A stretch of DNA of 64,000 bases from Desulfurivibrio sp. (GTDB lineage Bacteria > Desulfobacterota > Desulfobulbia > Desulfobulbales > SURF-16), in the NCBI GenBank assembly GCA_003605035.1, contig QZKJ01000053.1, forward strand, positions 99,507-163,506. The letters run 5' to 3'. Of this stretch, positions 62,357-64,000 are shown in pieces; position 1 is the first letter of the stretch, and each line of letters opens with the position of its first letter. A program made the translations under genes and the position numbers. The notes beneath the pieces are model-generated. The model was given only the letters and a program-made list of their open reading frames with translations. It was not told the DNA's origin and searched no databases.

Positions 62357-63694
62357 TTACAGAAATTTCTTTTCCAACTTATCTTCCAGAAATTCCACCT
62401 GGCGGTGGATGCTGGTGTTGCGGGTCCGCTTATCGGTAATGACCCTGATGGCGTGCACCACGGTTGAATGATCCCGGTTAAAGGCTTTGCCGATATCGGC
62501 CAGGGGCATGTCGGTATATTTGCGTGACAGGTACATGGCTATCTGCCTGGGAAAGGCCAGTGACTGTTTGCGGGATTTTGACTGCAGTTCCGCCACGTCA
62601 AGCTTGAACTGGCCGGCGATGAAATCCCTGATGACCACTGGTGAAAGCTGCCGGCTGTTGCCGATGATGTTTGCCAGTGTTTCCTTGATCATGGTGAAAT
62701 CAGGGGTGGCCTGCATCAGGGCGCACTGGGCCTTGAGGCTGATGATGGTGCTCTCCACCTGCCGGATGTCGCCTTTGATGTTTTCCGCCAGGTAGAGGAT
62801 ATGCTCCTCCTTTAAATCCAGGCAGTTGATAACCGCTTTTCGGCGGATTATTTTTACCCTGGTTTCCAGATTGGGCGGGTTGATGGTGGTAATGATGCCG
62901 GATGACAGCCTGGAGCGGATGGAGGAATCGATATCCGGGATCTCCCGCGGCCCCATGGAACTGGTGAAAATGATTTTTTTGCCGTTTTCAAGAAGAATAT
63001 CAAGAGTTTCTGATAGTTCAGCCTGGGTTTTCAGCCTGCCGGCCAAGGTATGGATGTCCTCGATGAGCAGGACATCGCACTGTTTGTGGTATTTGTTTTT
63101 GAAATGGCTCATGGTGTTGTTTTTGATGTTTTTCACCATTTCAGCGGTCAGTTGCTGGGCGGTCAGATAATTAAGCCTGGTGGCCGGCTTATGCCCGATG
63201 ATGTGATTGGCTACGGCGTGGGTGAGGTGGCTTTTGCCCAGCCCTGTTCCTGCTTTCAGATACACGCAGGAGCCGGCGGTCGAATCATTCATGGCAATAT
63301 CGGAGCAGGCGGAGTGGGCCAGGATATTACAGCTGCCGACAATGAACTCATCAAAGGTGAAGCGGGGGTGCAGCGTTCTGATTGATGACTTCACCTTCGG
63401 GATATCCGGCAGCCGCTGCGGTTCCTGCGGGGCGGCAAGAAGTGGCTGGGATACGCTGCCGCCGGACTTGGTCCGGAAAACAATGCGCATGTCACTCCGC
63501 CGGAGTGCATGGAGGGCTTCCTGCATGGCGCCAAGATATTTCTCCGTTACCCAGGTGCAGAAGAAAGCATCCGGGCAGGCAACTTCAAGGGTATCGTTGT
63601 CATTCTCTTTGGCGGATAATGGGTTGATCCAGAGTGAATATGCGCTTTCCGGGAGTTTATCTGCAAGAATTTCTTTAATATTGTGCCAGAGCAT
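62357..63694 (-). CDS. dnaA: chromosomal replication initiator protein DnaA
   Basis: 445-aa ORF with AAA+ motifs GTGLGKSHL and LLIEDIH, and domain IV (AFPRQIAMYLSRKYT..PLADIGKAFNRDHSTVVHA). Confidence 0.95.
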   Translation of the reverse strand: MLWHNIKEILADKLPESAYSLWINPLSAKENDNDTLEVACPDAFFCTWVTEKYLGAMQEALHALRRSDMRIVFRTKSGGSVSQPLLAAPQEPQRLPDIPKVKSSIRTLHPRFTFDEFIVGSCNILAHSACSDIAMNDSTAGSCVYLKAGTGLGKSHLTHAVANHIIGHKPATRLNYLTAQQLTAEMVKNIKNNTMSHFKNKYHKQCDVLLIEDIHTLAGRLKTQAELSETLDILLENGKKIIFTSSMGPREIPDIDSSIRSRLSSGIITTINPPNLETRVKIIRRKAVINCLDLKEEHILYLAENIKGDIRQVESTIISLKAQCALMQATPDFTMIKETLANIIGNSRQLSPVVIRDFIAGQFKLDVAELQSKSRKQSLAFPRQIAMYLSRKYTDMPLADIGKAFNRDHSTVVHAIRVITDKRTRNTSIHRQVEFLEDKLEKKFL

Positions 63695-63793
63695 GGATGA
63701 TCCTGATATGGGTGAAATTTGGAATAGTAATAAGGATTCGCATTAAGATCATATTAAGAGAACGTTTGGATTCTGTTTGCTTGTATTAAAAAA

Positions 63794-63816
63794 GACCGTC
63801 TCCTGTCAAAGACGGT
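63794..63816 (-). terminator. minus-strand rho-independent terminator upstream of dnaA
   Basis: The minus strand reads AACCGTCT-TTGACAGG-AGACGGTT followed by TTTTTT. This implies a minus-strand transcript coming from beyond, or near, the window end. Confidence 0.5.
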
Positions 63817-63856
63817 TATCCCCGATTTTAAAAAATAAATGCCCAAGTTATCAACA
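63816..63856. promoter_or_regulatory. two DnaA-box-like 9-mers upstream of dnaA
   Basis: TTATCCCCG (63816-63824) and TTATCAACA (63848-63856), compared with the consensus TTATCCACA. An AT-rich stretch lies between them. Confidence 0.35.
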
Positions 63857-64000
63857 GTCTTTGTTCCCTTGCGCGGCGCGGAAGCGGAAGCGGAGCGAAT
63901 CTAACGGGCTAGAAAAACGCGCTTTTTAACCCATGAAGCGAAAGCCCATGAAATCAGGGGCTAGTCACGGGTGCAAGGTGTTTTTTCTGTATTTAATTGA

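Overview
This is a GC-rich chromosomal segment that looks like Desulfobacterota (deltaproteobacterial type). That taxonomic call is an inference from gene content: type III glutamine synthetase, HdrC/MvhD/MetV-like Fe-S genes, an FlhF/FlhG flagellar system and heavy sigma-54 use. The segment ends next to dnaA. In order it contains:
- truB-rpsO-pnp, an M16 peptidase, dut and an MBL hydrolase.
- A lower-ligand cobamide block: a CbiR-like gene, cobT and cobS. cobO lies at 59.7 kb.
- A PAS histidine kinase, a TPR protein, and NifX-like, Smr and RNase-H-like genes.
- A minus-strand nitrogen module, amtB-glnB-glnD-glnN, behind a textbook sigma-54 promoter.
- A 12-kb minus-strand flagellar export/switch operon, fliLMNOPQR-flhBAFG-fliA-cheY plus a FliL paralog, behind another sigma-54 promoter.
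- Aconitase, then a sigma-54 enhancer/promoter unit followed by a short terminated transcript, then DUF362 and amidohydrolase genes.
- An orphan ExeA/GspB-like pair with in-frame tandem repeats.
- A ~3-kb accessory islet (about 41.75-44.9 kb). It carries a small ABC-ATPase plus Toprim-like (DUF4276-like) two-gene module, an MNT antitoxin with a deleted HEPN partner, and a 5'-truncated htpX.
- DUF3124, fabL, maf, a PilZ protein, an M48/TPR lipoprotein, an HdrC-like/MvhD/MetV-like trio, kdsD and purF.
- A sigma-54 activator with a degenerate GAFTGA loop, small orphan ORFs, FeoA, a J-domain gene coupled to an M48 membrane protease, cobO, hemY and dnaA.

No rRNA, tRNA, CRISPR array, transposase or integrase was seen. 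The best candidates for new biology are the sigma-54-driven ~77-nt terminated transcript at 36.1 kb and the compact ATPase/Toprim-like pair at 42-43.7 kb. Every functional call comes from reading the translated ORFs and motifs by eye. No database search was run.
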